Part shown: positions 13,072 through 25,100 of the stretch, in pieces
How positions within the stretch are numbered: the first letter of the stretch is position 1
Layout: each line of letters starts with the position of its first letter
NCBI GenBank assembly: GCA_040954595.2
Contig: CM082580.2
Location: forward strand, 186,001 to 250,000
Length of the DNA: 64,000 nt
Direction of reading: 5' to 3'
Source of the DNA: Balanoglossus misakiensis
Lineage: Eukaryota > Animalia > Hemichordata
Position numbers and translations under genes: made by a program
Notes under the pieces: model-generated
The model's input: the letters and a program-made list of their open reading frames with translations, nothing else
Database searches by the model: none
What the model was told of the DNA's origin: nothing

Positions 13072-13129
13072 CTTCTGGACATTCATATTTCACAAAGGGT
13101 GTTCCAAACAGTGCTCCAAGATCCAATTG
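13072..13129 (-). pseudogene. Exon preceding the C-type lectin domain
   Basis: taacag|QLDLGALFGTPFVKYECPE(G)|gtaagt; phase 0 to 1, giving CPEGYQLRG across the junction. Deleted in copy B. Confidence 0.72.
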
Positions 13130-13523
13130 CTGTTACAAATAAACAATAAGTTAGCTGCCAGTACACTCAATGATGTACGCGCAGAACGTCAACTGGTAAA
13201 CTGTGCGCCTGTGTCTCTTCCCATAGGAGTACATGGAGAATAGTTAGAAAACTCCCTTCTATTATTGTCATTTTCAGGAAATTTTACACATAGCTCCGAC
13301 AAATCAAAATAAATTCACCACGGTCTATTTTGAGATAAACTTTGTTCAATATTGTATCCATAGGCAAACCATTGTTAGAAAATGCTGACCGTCAGCAGTT
13401 TTCTTCAATTATCGACTAAATTCACGGCCTTGTTTAAAGTCGAAAACAAGTGCAGTGACCCAAAATGGATTTTCATTATACATACAAATCAGAAACGAAA
13501 ATCCACGATTAAAAGAAATGACA

Positions 13524-13824
13524 ATACAAAACACCGTTTATGTTAATGTAAATGTGGATATATAGTGATGCAACGTTCAACCGCACACACCTTCCATCCC
13601 GCATGTTGACACGAGAGCGAAAACTCGCCAAACTGAAAAATCGGTCTCTACCATTTATTCATTTTGGGCGAGTTTTTACTCTCATATCATACAAGCAGGA
13701 TGGAAGTTGTGTGTGGTTGAACGTTCATTCACTACATATACACATGCCCATTAATATAAACGGTGTCTTGTATCAAACATTATTAATAGAAAAGGGCGAC
13801 GGGAGAGAGAGTTTGCCCCTTTAA
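13524..13824. mobile_element. MITE family K1 copy, left end deleted
   Basis: Internal palindrome; right end gagagagtttgcccct|TTAA. Confidence 0.75.
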
Positions 13825-15161
13825 GGCGACTTGATGCATGAAGTGGCGAGAGATAAACGCGACTGACCACCGCATTAAACACTGTCAAGCAAGGCACTTC
13901 AAATGCCAATTGTTTAAGTGTGTACTAAGTAATAGCTTCATGTACCATGTCCTGGGGGGGGGGGGAGGGGTCAAATCACAACAGTTGGACATGTACGAAT
14001 ATAAAGAGACGATATCAGTTTTTTCATGTCTTCCTTTAGTAAACAATCTTTTTTGAACTTTGTATAGAATTCATTGAACTTTACTTTAGCTTATGAACTC
14101 TCATTTGCACATCGTCATTTGAAATTGTGTCGACTTTATCATAAGGTTTTTATAACTCAACTAGGTCGCAAAACCTATTTAAGTTAGTGAGAATAGGACG
14201 TTCACCTTTTGGGTTGATGGCTACAGACATTAATCCTGACTCATACTCATGTTGCAGCCAGTATACTCTGCAGACATTGGACACAATAGTTTTACTAACC
14301 ATTGAATTTTATTGGACCATCAAGTTTATTGACCCATGACGTTCATATAGATTGTATGACACGACTGACGCTATAATCGGTCCATACCTTCGGCGAGCCA
14401 AGTGTTTTATAACATCATAAGATATTAATACCTATCACCCAGTCAAACGATTTCAAGTTATACAATTTCCACGCCAATAGGACGCCTTTAGGTGGAAATG
14501 CAACCAGGTATCCTGAATAGGAAAATATTCCGGGTATCTGTCAAGTTTAGTCCCATATTTAGGGGACCAAGAGCCCTCAGGCGCTTGGTCCCCTTCTGTT
14601 ATTGCTGGAGTTTGTCTTCTTTCTTCTTGAGTCGTTTTTTTGCGCCCGTTTTTCTCTGAAATTCTGGCAGGTGCGCCTTCCAAATTTGGCACGGTGGTTG
14701 GGGCCCATAGTACTGGTGCACCAGCCCTTTGAATTTGTAATTAGTCACGTGACTTTGTTGCTATAATCGAGCGAAATTTTCAAATTGACCTAATTTGCAC
14801 GTTAATGGGGGCATGTACAGTCTTTTCGCGATTTTTGTAGACCATGTGGCCAAAATCCCCTGTGCCAAATTTCAAGGTCCTAGGCCACGTCGATTTTGAG
14901 AAGAAGATTTTTGTAATATTTTTTCGCTTTTTTTGGTGGGCTGAGGACGGACACTGGGGCATCGGACTTTGACCGTCATTACGTTATGTTGTGGAGATCT
15001 CATTAGCAGGCTACTCACTTCTGGCGGGTTGCAGTAGTCCTTGGAAAATCGGCTGAAATACGTAAACAGACCAGTGATTATTTTCCACGGAATGAATTTT
15101 GGGACAACACATTATCGGAGTTCAGGCTGTGTTAGGGCGTTTTATTGAATTACGCTGAGTT

Positions 15162-18100
15162 TGGATTGACTACTGTGTTACCACTGAAATTTCTCATAGC
15201 AATGTTCTTTCAATTTCGAGTCTTTGCAATGTTGTTGACTCCGACCATATTCCTGTTTCAATAGAGGTTCATTTCAACACTTCTGCTGATGAAAGCTTCA
15301 GCAGTAGTTCCTTCAAGCAATGTAATTTTCGAGTTGATTGGAAAAAATTGTCACAGCAGAATATATCCGCCTACACCGGTTGTACCAAAGCCAAGATTGA
15401 TAAGATTAATTTATCCGAAGAGTTATTCTGCACTAATGTGAACTGTACAGACCCTTCGCATTTACAGGCAATTGATACTTGTTATAGTAGTATTGTGGAC
15501 GCATTGAATTGTGCTGCAAAAGATACCATTAGACGTAAGTTTCACCAGAAAGTTCATGTTGTGCCTGGCTGGAACGATTTTGTAAAAGAAAGTCACGACT
15601 ATGCCCGTTCCATGTTTTTATTATGGGTTAATGTGGGTAAACCTAAACAAGGCCCGCTTTTTGAAACCATGAAATCTTCCAGAGCTCGTTTTTAGTATGC
15701 TTTACGTGCTTGTAAAAAGATTGAGAATCAAAATAGGGCTGACAAGATGGCTGATAATTTACGCTGCCACAAACAGAACGACTTCTGGGAGGAAGTCAGA
15801 AAGCAAACTAGCAGAAAAACGCCGCTTTCTGACACTGTAGGTGGAGCGACTGTTGAGAGTGAAATTGCAATTATGTGGCACAAGCATTTCAGTGATATTT
15901 TGAATTCTGTCCAGGCTCAGACTGGTAAAAATGACATCGAGGAGAAAATGAAGTATGTTAAATTTTCTTCTGATATGTATGTTTCTGAAGACGAAGTAAT
16001 TTCTGCTATACATAAGTTACCTGACGGTAAGACAGCTGGCATTGACAATATTTTAGCTGAGCACCTCAAATTCTCAGACTCCTCTATTTTACCCTTTTTG
16101 ACTTGTTGTATTAATGCAATGATTGTTCATGGTTACCTGCCAACTGAGGCTATCGATGTTAATTTAGTTCCAATTATTAAGGATAAAACTAAGCTTTGTA
16201 GTGATGCCAGTAACTACCGGCCGATAGCACTAGCAACTTTTTTCTCTAAAGTTTTTTGAGCATATTTTACTTTCTCGTTGTGAGGAGTTTCTTACCTCTC
16301 ATTATTTACAATTTGGTTTCAAGCGAGAACATTCAACTGACCTGTGTTTATATGCATTTAAAGAAATCATTAGCTACTACACCAGCAATGGAAGACCAGT
16401 GTTTACTTGTTTTCTGGATGCTTCAAAAGCTTTTGACAGAGTTAATCACTTTAAACTGGTTATAATTAACAAGCACATCGACAGGAATGTTCCCTTGTAT
16501 GCTGTACGAATTTTATATTAATGGTACAGAAATCAATTGTTTACTGTGTTGTGGGGTAATGAACCCTCAGAGTTGTTTTCTGTTTCTAACGGTGTAAGAC
16601 AAGGGGGGGTACTCTCTCCCTATCTTTTTAATGTCTACATTGATGATATTATCAATGCACTCTGTAAAGCCAAAGTTGGCTGTACCATGTGTGGTGTCAG
16701 CGCTAACACTTTAGGTTACGCTGACGACATGACTCTACTCAGTCCAAGTATTAAGGGTCTACGCCGTCTTCTTAGAATTTGTGAAATTTATGGCAAGGAT
16801 TATGATATCATTTATAATTCTAGTAAAACTGTGTGCATGCTTTTTAATGGGAAGAATATGAGCGTTCAAAGAATTCCTTCGGTTAAACTTAATGACATCA
16901 CTTTAAAGTTTGTACCTGTACACACCTATCTGGGCCATGTTATATCTTGTGATGGTTGTGATAATGAAGATATTGAACGACAGAGAAGAGCATTTTGTGT
17001 AAGAGCAAACATGCTATTGAGACATTTTCAACATTGTAGTCAAGATGTGAAGAAAGTTTTATTTTTGGCATATTGTAGTAATATTTACTGTTGCAGTTTG
17101 TGGGCATCCTTTAAAGTTAAACCGATGAAAAAATTTAAAACTATGTACAATAATGTTTGGAGAAGATTTCTCGGTCTTCCGCCATTTTGCTGTGCATCGG
17201 GTATGTTTGCTACAAACCATGTACATGTATTGTCACTTGGTGAAGTTTTTAGACGCAATATGTACAGTTTTAAGATGGGTGGGTCCCTGGGATCTTTTTG
17301 CTCGTTGCTATGGGCCTTTATAGGACATTACACCCCGATTTGGACTAAGCCGTTTTCAGAGTCTAACAAGGGGCTGGTAACTAGTTGAAAATCTGCACGA
17401 TTGTGTGCACACCCCCTGTCCGAGTATGTTTACGGCAGCTACCACCCGGCCATAGGCCGCCACGCTAATACGGCAAAGCAGCGGTCAGCGATAGCGTGCG
17501 CGTCCTGTAACCACAGTAACTGGATCGAACGCTAAAAATCCAATGTTTTGTACACAGAGATTTTGTACCGTTCACGAAAATCCCTAAGGCTTTTTTCATA
17601 GGCCACGTACGCCAGTCAAATTTGACCTGCTTGTTGAGAACGCACTTCCGCACAGTGTGACGGATCGTTTTTTCGGTTTTCGTCGTGCTAAGAAGCGATA
17701 CCGGTGGAAGAGTGCGTCCAAAAACACCCAAAATCGATGACTTTTTCAGGTGTGGTACGGGTATGCTGAAATCTTAGGATACAACGATAATATTCGAAAA
17801 CAAAATCCGTCACGATCTTCCCTGGTTCAAGCAACTAATGAATACGTATCAAGTTCGTTTTTGAGGTCACGGAATAAAAAGCCTTAGGCTTTTGAAATTT
17901 GACCTAGCTAATTTTCATATCAATGGCGTCAGGGGGCGCGCGCTCACAACCGTGCAGATTTTCAACTAGTTACCAGCCCCTTGTTAGACTCTGAAAACGG
18001 CTTAGTCCAAATCGGGGTGTAATGTCCTATAAAGGCCCATAGCAACGAGCAAAAAGATCCCAGGGACCCATCTTAAGCGTAGACTCGAAAATTCTTCTAA

Positions 18101-18299
18101 TGTTTTACTTGATGCGATCTGTTCATCAGATAGAGCGACTGACAGCATATTTTTCAAACATTGGCGAAAGCAATTTTATATCATGTAAGTTTTTTTTTGT
18201 GTGTGTCTCAGTGTCAGATTATTATTATTGTTTTTTTTTCTTCTCTCTTTTGGGTATATGGACTTTTTTTAAAGTCTGAAATAAAGAATTATTATTATT
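15162..18299 (+). mobile_element. 5'-truncated, decayed non-LTR retrotransposon, RTE-X-like (APE end + reverse transcriptase)
   Basis: WIDYC...SDH (endonuclease end), NYRPIALAT, FLDASKAFD, GVRQGGVLSP, YADD. The frame resumes after the 17274-18072 insert (MYSFK|RRLENS...FYIM*). 3' end atggac...gtctgaaataaa(tta)n. Several stops and frameshifts. Confidence 0.88.
17274..18072. mobile_element. 799-bp non-autonomous DNA transposon with ~140-bp TIRs and TTAA TSD (Kolobok-type, family K2)
   Basis: TTAA|gatgggt(gggt)ccctgggatc ... gatcccagggacccatc|TTAA. Removing the insert and one TTAA restores the LINE reading frame. Confidence 0.88.
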
Positions 18300-18639
18300 T
18301 GTTAGCTGTTGCCATTCAAATGTGTCTACGCAAACCCGGCTACACTGGCAGTGGGCTTTGACTCTAAGTCGCTAATGTTGTGGGAGGTTTCATTAGCATT
18401 GTAGTCACATGTAGTGGATAGTAGTTTGGGAAATTGCCTGAAATACGTCAGCAGACCAGTGATTTTCTTGCACGAAGGGAGTATGGTACCAGCAATAATC
18501 AGAGATCAGGCTTCGTTGCCGTTCAAAAGTTCCTACTTCAGTCGTGATGTTGCAACTGGACGTTCAGTATGGGGGTCGGCCCGCAGGTGGCCGTGTGGGT
18601 TATCAGGTCGCCCGTAACGGCACGCAGCTACATGCAGCT

Positions 18640-19182
18640 GTATGGGACCAAAATAATACACCCGATTCGGGGGTCACCTGTGACACCTGCGTAACTCAAT
18701 AATTATGTGCATGCGTAATTGTGGGGTCAATGAAAGGGGTGGTAGCGTGGTATTTGTTGCACATGGATCAATATGAAGTCCGATTTTCCCGTCAAGTTGT
18801 GGGCGACCTTATGTGACCTTTCACCTACTTTTGCTTAGTGAGCATCTACAGAAGATGCATGCAGCTTTGGCTTGGGGGGGGGGGGCATATACGGATGGGA
18901 CCATAATGATATACCAAAGGCGGGGTCACCTGTTGCACCTGCCTAAGACATTGATTTTATACATTTAATTGGACACTAACCAACAGGGCGATAGGTGTGG
19001 TTTTTGTTCCACAGGGACGAATGTAAGTGTCAGTTGGTTTTTGCCCAAATGTATAAGGTGATTTTGATGACCTCTGTCATACAGTGCCATATCTCATCCC
19101 GTTGTACAGGTGCAGCTTTGGTATTTGGAGGGATGAAACTATCATGAAATGCCAAATACAGGGGGATACCTTTGACACCTGC
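18640..19182. repeat. Old degenerate ~245-bp tandem repeat (continues to ~40430 after copy B)
   Basis: gggtcacctgtgacacctgc-like motif at ~18671, ~18922, ~19161 and ~40261. Confidence 0.5.
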
Positions 19183-22100
19183 CATGATTTTTTTCAAAAA
19201 TCGACGAAATTTTGAGATTTTGCAAAGTCGAAAATTTGTCATTTTTTGATGATTTTCACCCGTCTTTTTTCAAAAATCGACGAAATTTTGAGATTTTGCA
19301 AAAGAGGAAAATTTGTCATTTTTTGATGATTTTCAACAATTTTTTTAAAAAATCGACGAAAATTTGAGATTTTGCAGTAAAAAATTTGTAATTTTTTGAT
19401 GATTTTCACCGATGATTTTTTTCAAAATTGACGAAATTTTGAGATTTTGCAGTCGAAAATTTGTAATTTTTTGATGATTTTCCCCCATGATTTTTTTCAA
19501 AAATCGACGAAATTTTGAGATTTTGCAAAGTCGAAAATTTGTCATTTTTTGATGATTTTCACCCATGATTTTCTTCAAAAATCGACGAAATTTTGAGATT
19601 TTGCAAAGTCGAAAATTTGTCATTTTTTGATGATTTTCACCCAATGTTTTTTTTTCAAAAATGGACGAACCCATGATTTTTTTCAAAATCGACGAAATTT
19701 TGAGATTTTGCAAAGTCGAAAATTTGTCATTGTCATGATGATTTTCAACCATGATTTTTTTCAAAAATTGACGAAATTTTGAGATTTTGCAGTCAAAAAT
19801 TTGTCATTTTTTGATGATTTTCACCCATGATTTTTTTTCACAAATCGACGAAATTTTGAGATTTTGCAGTCGTAAATTTGTCATTTTTTAATGATTTTCC
19901 TCCATGATTTTTTTTCAAAAATCGACGAAATTTTGAGATTTTGCAAAGTCTAAAATTTGTCATTTTTTGATGATTTTCACCCATGTCTTTTTTCAAAAAT
20001 CGACGAAATTTTGAGATTTTGCAAAGAGGAAAATTTGTCATTTTTTGATGATTTTCAACAATGATTTTTTTTCAAAAATCGACGAAATTTTGAGATTTTG
20101 CAGTCAAAAATTTGTCATTTTTTGATGATTTTCAACAATTTTTTTAAAAAATCGACGAAAATTTGAGATTTTGCAGTAAAAACTTTGTCATTTTTTGATG
20201 ATTTTCACCCATGATTTTTTCAAAATTGGCAAAATTTTGAGATTTTGCAAAGTCGAAAATTTGTCATTTTTTGATGATTTTCACCCATGATTTTTTTTCA
20301 CAAATCGACGAAATTTTGAGATTTTGTAGTCGTAAATTTGTCATTTTTTGATGATTTTCCCCCATGATTTTTTTCAAAAATCAACGAAATTTTGAGATTT
20401 TGCAAAGTCGAAAATTTGTCATTTTTAGATGATTTTCACCCGTCTTTTTTCAAAAAACGACGAAATTTTGAGATTTTGCAAAGAGGAAAATTTGTCATTT
20501 TTTGATGATTTTCACCCATGATTTTTTTCAAAATTGACGAAATTTTGAGTTTTTGCAGTCGAAAATTTGTCATTTTTTGATGATTTTCACCCGTTTTTTT
20601 TTTAAAAATCGACGAAATTTTGAGATTTTGTAGTCGAAAATTTGTCATTTTTTGATGATTTTCACCCATGATTTTTTCAAAATTGACGAAATTTTGAAAT
20701 TTTGCAGTCGAAAATTTGTCATTTTTTGATCATTTTCCCCATGATTTTTTTCAAAAATCGACGAAATTTTGAGATTTTGCAAAGTCGAAAATTTGTCATT
20801 TTTTGATGATTTTCACCCTTGATTTTCTTCAAAAATCGACGAAATTTTGAGATTTTGCTAAGTCGAAAATTTGTCATTTTTTGATGATTTTCACCCATGA
20901 TTTTTTTCAAAAATCGATGAAATTTTGAGATTTTGCAGTAAAAAAATTGTCATTATTTGATGATTTTCGACCATGATTTTTTTCAAAATTGACGAAATTT
21001 TGAGATTTTGCAAAGTCGAAAATTTGTCATTTTTAGATGATTTTCACCCGTCTTTTTTCAAAAAATCGACGAAATTTTGAGATTTTGCAAAGAGGAAAAT
21101 TTGTCATTTTTTGATAATTTTCAACATTGATTTATTTCAAAAATCGACGAAATTTTGAGATTTTGCAGTCGAAAATTTGTCATTTTTTGATGATTTTCCC
21201 CCATGATTTTTTTCAAAAATCGACGAAATTTTGAGATTTTGCAAAGTCTAAAATTTGTCATTTTTTGATGATTTTCACCCATGTCTTTTTTCAAAAATCG
21301 ACGAAATTTTGAGATTTTGCAAAGAGGAAAATTTGTCATTTTTTGATGATTTTCAACAATGATTTTTTTTCAAAAATGGACGAAATTTTGAGATTTTGCA
21401 GTCAAAAATTTGTCATTTTTTGATGATTTTCAACAATTTTTTTAAAAAAATCGACGAAAATTTGAGATTTTGCAGTAAAAAATTTGTCATTTTTTGATGA
21501 TTTTCACCCATGATTTTTTCAAAATTGGCAAAATTTTGAGATTTTGCAAAGTCGAAAATTTGTCATTTTTTGATGATTTTCACCCATGATTTTTTTTCAC
21601 AAATCGACGAAATTTTGAGATTTTGTAGTCGTAAATTTGTCATTTTTTGATGATTTTCCCCCATGATTTTTTTCAAAAATCAACGAAATTTTGAGATTTT
21701 GCAAAGTCGAAAATTTGTCATTTTTAGATGATTTTCACCCGTCTTTTTTCAAAAAATCGACGAAATTTTGAGATTTTGCAAAGAGGAAAATTTGTCATTT
21801 TTTGATAATTTTCAACAATGATTTATTTCAAAAATGGACGAAATTTTGAGATTTTGCAGTCAAAAATTTGTCATTTTTTGATGATTTTCCCCCATGATTT
21901 TTTTCAAAAATCGACGAAATTTTGAGATTTTGCAAAGTTAAAAATTTTTCAAAAATCGACGAAATTTATAGATTTTGCAAAGAGGAAAATTTGTCATTTT
22001 TTGATGATTTTCAACAATGATTTTTTTTCAAAAATCGACGAAATTTTGAGATTTTGCAAAGTCGAAAATTTGTCATTTTTAGATGATTTTCACCCGTCTT

Positions 22101-25100
22101 TTTTCAAAAAATCGACGAAATTTTGAGATTTTGCAAAGAGGAAAATTTGTCATTTTTTGATAATTTTCAACATTGATTTATTTCAAAAATAGACGAAATT
22201 TTGAGATTTTGCAGTCGAAAATTTGTCATTTTTTGATGATTTTCCCCCATGATTTTTTTCAAAAATCGACGAAATTTTGAGATTTTGCAAAGTTGAAAAT
22301 TTTTCAAAAATCGACGAAATTTATAGATTTTGCAAAGAGGAAAATTTGTCATTTTTTGATGATTTTCACCCATGATTTTTTTCAAAATTGACGAAATTTT
22401 GAGTTTTTGCAGTCGAAAATTTGTCATTTTTTGATGATTTTCACCCTTGATTTTCTTCAAAAATCGACGAAATTTTGAGATTTTGCAAAGTCGAAAATTT
22501 GTCATTTTTTGATGATTTTCACCCTTGATTTTCTTCAAAAATCGACGAAATTTTGAGATTTTGCAAAGTCGAAAATTTGTCATTTTTTGATGATTTTCAC
22601 CCATGATTTTTTTCAAAAATCGATGAAATTTTGAGATTTTGCAGTAAAAAAATTGTCATTTTTTGATGATTTTCACCCATGATTTTTTTCAAAATTGACG
22701 AAATTTTGAGATTTTGCAGTCGAAAATTTGTCATTTTTTGATCATTTTCCCCCATGATTTTTTTCAAAAATCGACGAAATTTTCAGATTTTGCAAAGTCG
22801 AAAATTTGTCATTTTTTCATGATTTTCACCCATGATTTTTTCAAAAATCGACGAAATTTTGAGATTTTGCAGTCGAAAATTTGTTATTTTTTGATGATTT
22901 TCCCCCATGATTTTTTTCAAAAATCGACGAAATTTTGAGATTTTGCAAAGTCGAAAATTTGTCATTTTTTGATGATTTTCACCCATGATTTTCTTCAAAA
23001 ATCGACGAAATTTTGAGATTTTGCAAAGTCGAAAATTTGTCATTTTTTGATGATTTTCACCCATGATTTTTTTCAAAAATCGACGAAATATTGAGATTTT
23101 GCAAAGTCGAAAATTTGTCATTTTTTCATGATTTTCACCCATGATTTTTTCAAAAATCGATGAAATTTTCAGATTTTGCAAAGTCGAAAATTTGTCATTT
23201 TTTGATGATTTTCACCCATGATTTTTTTCAAAATTGACGAAATTTTGAGATTGTGCAAAGTCAAAAATTTGTCATTTTTTGATGATTTTCACCCATGATT
23301 TTTTTTCACAAATCGAAGAAATTTTGAGATTTTGTAGTCGTAAATTTGTCATTTTTGATGATTTTCCCCCATGATTTTTTTCAAAAATCAACGAAATTTT
23401 GAGATTTTGCAAAGTCGAAAATTTGTCATTTTTAGATGATTTTCACCCGTCTTTTTTCAAAAAATCGACGAAATTTTGAGATTTTGCAAAGAGGAAAATT
23501 TGTCAATTTTTGATAATTTTCAACAATGATTTATTTCAAAAATCGACGAAATTTTGAGATTTTGCAGTCGAAAATTTGTCATTTTTTGATCATTTTCCCC
23601 CATGATTTTTTTCAAAAATCGACGAAAATTTGAGATTTTGCAAAGTCGAAAATTTGTCATTTTTTGATGATTTTCACCCATGATTTTTCTCAAAAATCGA
23701 CGAAATTTTCAGATTTTGCAAAGTCGAAAATTTGTCATTTTTTGATGATTTTCACCCATGATTTTTTTCAAAATTGACGAAATTTTGAGATTTTGCAGTC
23801 GAAAATTTGTCATTTTTTGATCATTTTCCCCCATGATTTTTTTCAAAAATCGACGAAATTTTCAGATTTTGCAAAGTCGAAAATTTGTCATTTTTTCATG
23901 ATTTTCACCCATGATTTTTTCAAAAATCGACGAAATTTTGAGATTTTGCAGTCGAAAATTTGTAATTTTTTGATGATTTTCCCCCATGATTTTTTTCAAA
24001 AATCGACGAAATTTTGAGATTTTGCAAAGTCGAAAATTTGTCATTTTTTGATGATTTTCACCCCATGATTTTTGTTCAAAAATCGACGAAATTTTGAGAT
24101 TTTGCAAAGTCGAAAATTTGTCATTTTTTGATTATTTTCACCCATGATTTTTTTCAAAAATCGACGAAATTTTGAGATTTTGCAAAGTCGAAAATTTGTC
24201 ATTTTTTGATGATTTTCACCCTTGATTTTCTTCAAAAATCGACGAAATTTTGAGATTTTGCAAAGTCGAAAATTTGTCATTTTTTGATGATTTTCACCCA
24301 TGATTTTTTTCAAAAATCGATGAAATTTTGAGATTTTGCAGTAAAAAAATTGTCATTTTTTGATGATTTTCACCCATGATTTTTTTCAAAATTGACGAAA
24401 TTTTGAGATTTTGCAGTCGAAAATTTGTCATTTTTTGATCATTTTCCCCCATGATTTTTTTCAAAAATCGACGAAATTTTCAGATTTTGCAAAGTCGAAA
24501 ATTTGTCATTTTTTCATGATTTTCACCCATGATTTTTTCAAAAATCGACGAAATTTTGAGATTTTGCAGTCGAAAATTTGTTATTTTTTGATGATTTTCC
24601 CCCATGATTTTTTTCAAAAATCGACGAAATTTTGAGATTTTGCAAAGTCGAAAATTTGTCATTTTTTGATGATTTTCACCCATGATTTTCTTCAAAAATC
24701 GACGAAATTTTGAGATTTTGCAAAGTCGAAAATTTGTCATTTTTTGATGATTTTCACCCATGATTTTTTTCAAAAATCGACGAAATATTGAGATTTTGCA
24801 AAGTCGAAAATTTGTCATTTTTTCATGATTTTCACCCATGATTTTTTCAAAAATCGATGAAATTTTCAGATTTTGCAAAGTCGAAAATTTGTCATTTTTT
24901 GATGATTTTCACCCATGATTTTTTTCAAAATTGACGAAATTTTGAGATTGTGCAAAGTAAAAAATTTGTCATTTTTTGATGATTTTCACCCATGATTTTT
25001 TTTCACAAATCGAAGAAATTTTGAGATTTTGTAGTCGTAAATTTGTCATTTTTGATGATTTTCCCCCATGATTTTTTTCAAAAATCAACGAAATTTTGAG

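Larger units (their letters stand above)
232..13129 (-). pseudogene. Multi-exon C-type lectin + CUB + CUB secreted/membrane protein gene, uninflatable (uif)-like architecture, apparently inactivated; continues beyond the left edge; signal-peptide exon not found
   Basis: Eight exons with chaining phases: 13129-13072, 12370-12289, 6717-6599, 6154-5939, 3289-~3165, 1840-1639, 1345-1194, 433-232. Spliced translation: ...YECPEGYQLRGASCYK...TCQSFYGGHL...WIGF...WADTEPD...C...C...CE (CTLD), then two CUB domains. Lesions: TGA at 1236-1238, acceptors CG (434-435) and AT (6155-6156), truncated exon at ~3164. Confidence 0.8.
9915..19182 (+). repeat. Segmental duplication copy A (~9.3 kb)
   Basis: Collinear and near-identical to 30716-40039, from aacaagcatcgtccgattcg to tttgacacctgc. 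Paired ORFs in the track include 10237/31038, 11743/32528 and 18414/38408. Confidence 0.95.
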
